Source: a virus
Taxonomy: Duplodnaviria; Caudoviricetes
Reading direction: 5' to 3' (one strand)
Length of the DNA stretch: 24,971 bases
IMG/VR virus record: IMGVR_UViG_3300025154_000369
Location: 1 to 24,971 of that record
Part shown: piece by piece, positions 24,738 through 24,971 of the stretch
How positions within the stretch are numbered: position 1 is the stretch's first letter
Layout: each line of letters starts with the position of its first letter
The notes under the pieces: model-generated
The model's database searches: none
Told to the model about the DNA's origin: nothing
Seen by the model: the letters and a program-made list of their open reading frames with translations, nothing else
Program-made: the position numbers and the translations under genes

Positions 24738-24971
24738 TGGAATTCCAAGTAAGTGCAGAACTGTTCTCGATGGTTATTGGTGGATTCATCTCCGCCCTGT
24801 TCAGCTACTTCCCAGCATTGAACACCTGGTTTGCAGCCAAACCAGAAAACGCCAAAAAGCTGATTCAATTGGGGCTGATGTCAGTCCTGTCCATAGTTAT
24901 CTATTTGGGTAGCTGCAGCTGGGGCTTCTTCCAAACTGACCTGTCTTGTGGTCAAGTTGGCATCTGGCGCC
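24737..24971 (+). CDS. Putative holin-like membrane protein, 3'-truncated (not in the ORF track)
   Basis: TAATG overlap with the previous stop and GGAGG at 24726-24730; my translation is MEFQVSAELFSMVIGGFISALFSYFPALNTWFAAKPENAKKLIQLGLMSVLSIVIYLGSCSWGFFQTDLSCGQVGIWR..., with two TM segments and no stop before the window end. Confidence 0.8.
   Translation, partial: MEFQVSAELFSMVIGGFISALFSYFPALNTWFAAKPENAKKLIQLGLMSVLSIVIYLGSCSWGFFQTDLSCGQVGIWR

Larger units (their letters stand above)
1..24971 (+). mobile_element. Tailed phage (podovirus-like) genome segment: virion structural module and lysis cassette
   Basis: Densely packed co-oriented genes with TAATG/ATGA overlaps and GGAGG-type RBSs; capsid, scaffold, adaptor, nozzle, fibre, endolysin and holin-like genes. 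No tape measure, sheath or tube gene seen. No integrase, att site or host gene in the window, so free phage versus prophage cannot be decided. Confidence 0.95.

Noticed and set aside
24724-24912. 62-aa ORF in the track
   Set aside because: It overlaps the better-supported frame starting at 24737, which has an RBS, TAATG coupling and TM segments.
24900-24916. LGSC in the last ORF as a lipobox (o-spanin)
   Set aside because: The Cys is at residue 60 after two TM segments, too far from the N-terminus for a signal peptidase II site, and the motif match is poor.
1-24971. CRISPR arrays, tRNAs, introns/inteins, IS elements and stop-codon recoding
   Set aside because: Intergenic gaps are all under 100 nt with no repeat-spacer or cloverleaf pattern. 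I saw no intein or transposase motifs, and TAA, TAG and TGA all end genes at sensible boundaries under the standard code.

Overview
The whole window is the + strand virion-morphogenesis and lysis region of a tailed, podovirus-like phage or prophage; no host genes are visible. Gene order: a 5'-truncated, cysteine-free giant protein of more than 4,250 aa, a near-consensus sigma70 promoter, scaffold, N4-gp56-type major capsid protein, two paralogous decoration proteins, a hairpin pair, a hypothetical protein, adaptor, tail nozzle, a DUF559/Vsr-like nuclease-fold protein, a mosaic tail fibre, a DUF1617-like protein, a GH25 endolysin and three membrane proteins (the last truncated and absent from the ORF track). 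The most notable feature is the giant protein. It looks like an ejected internal virion protein with a central cassette of effector-like modules: an HExxH zincin, an ART-PolyVal-type ADP-ribosyltransferase, a possible second ART-like fold, a catalytically degenerate GGDEF fold and a duplicated E[LM]KWxG domain. Several modules are bounded by a recurring (L/V/R)-(F/L)-Q motif, which suggests a virion-delivered, possibly self-processing anti-host polyprotein. All family calls come from motifs recognised by eye; no database searches were run. A Chloroflexota (Anaerolineae-like) host is a tentative inference.
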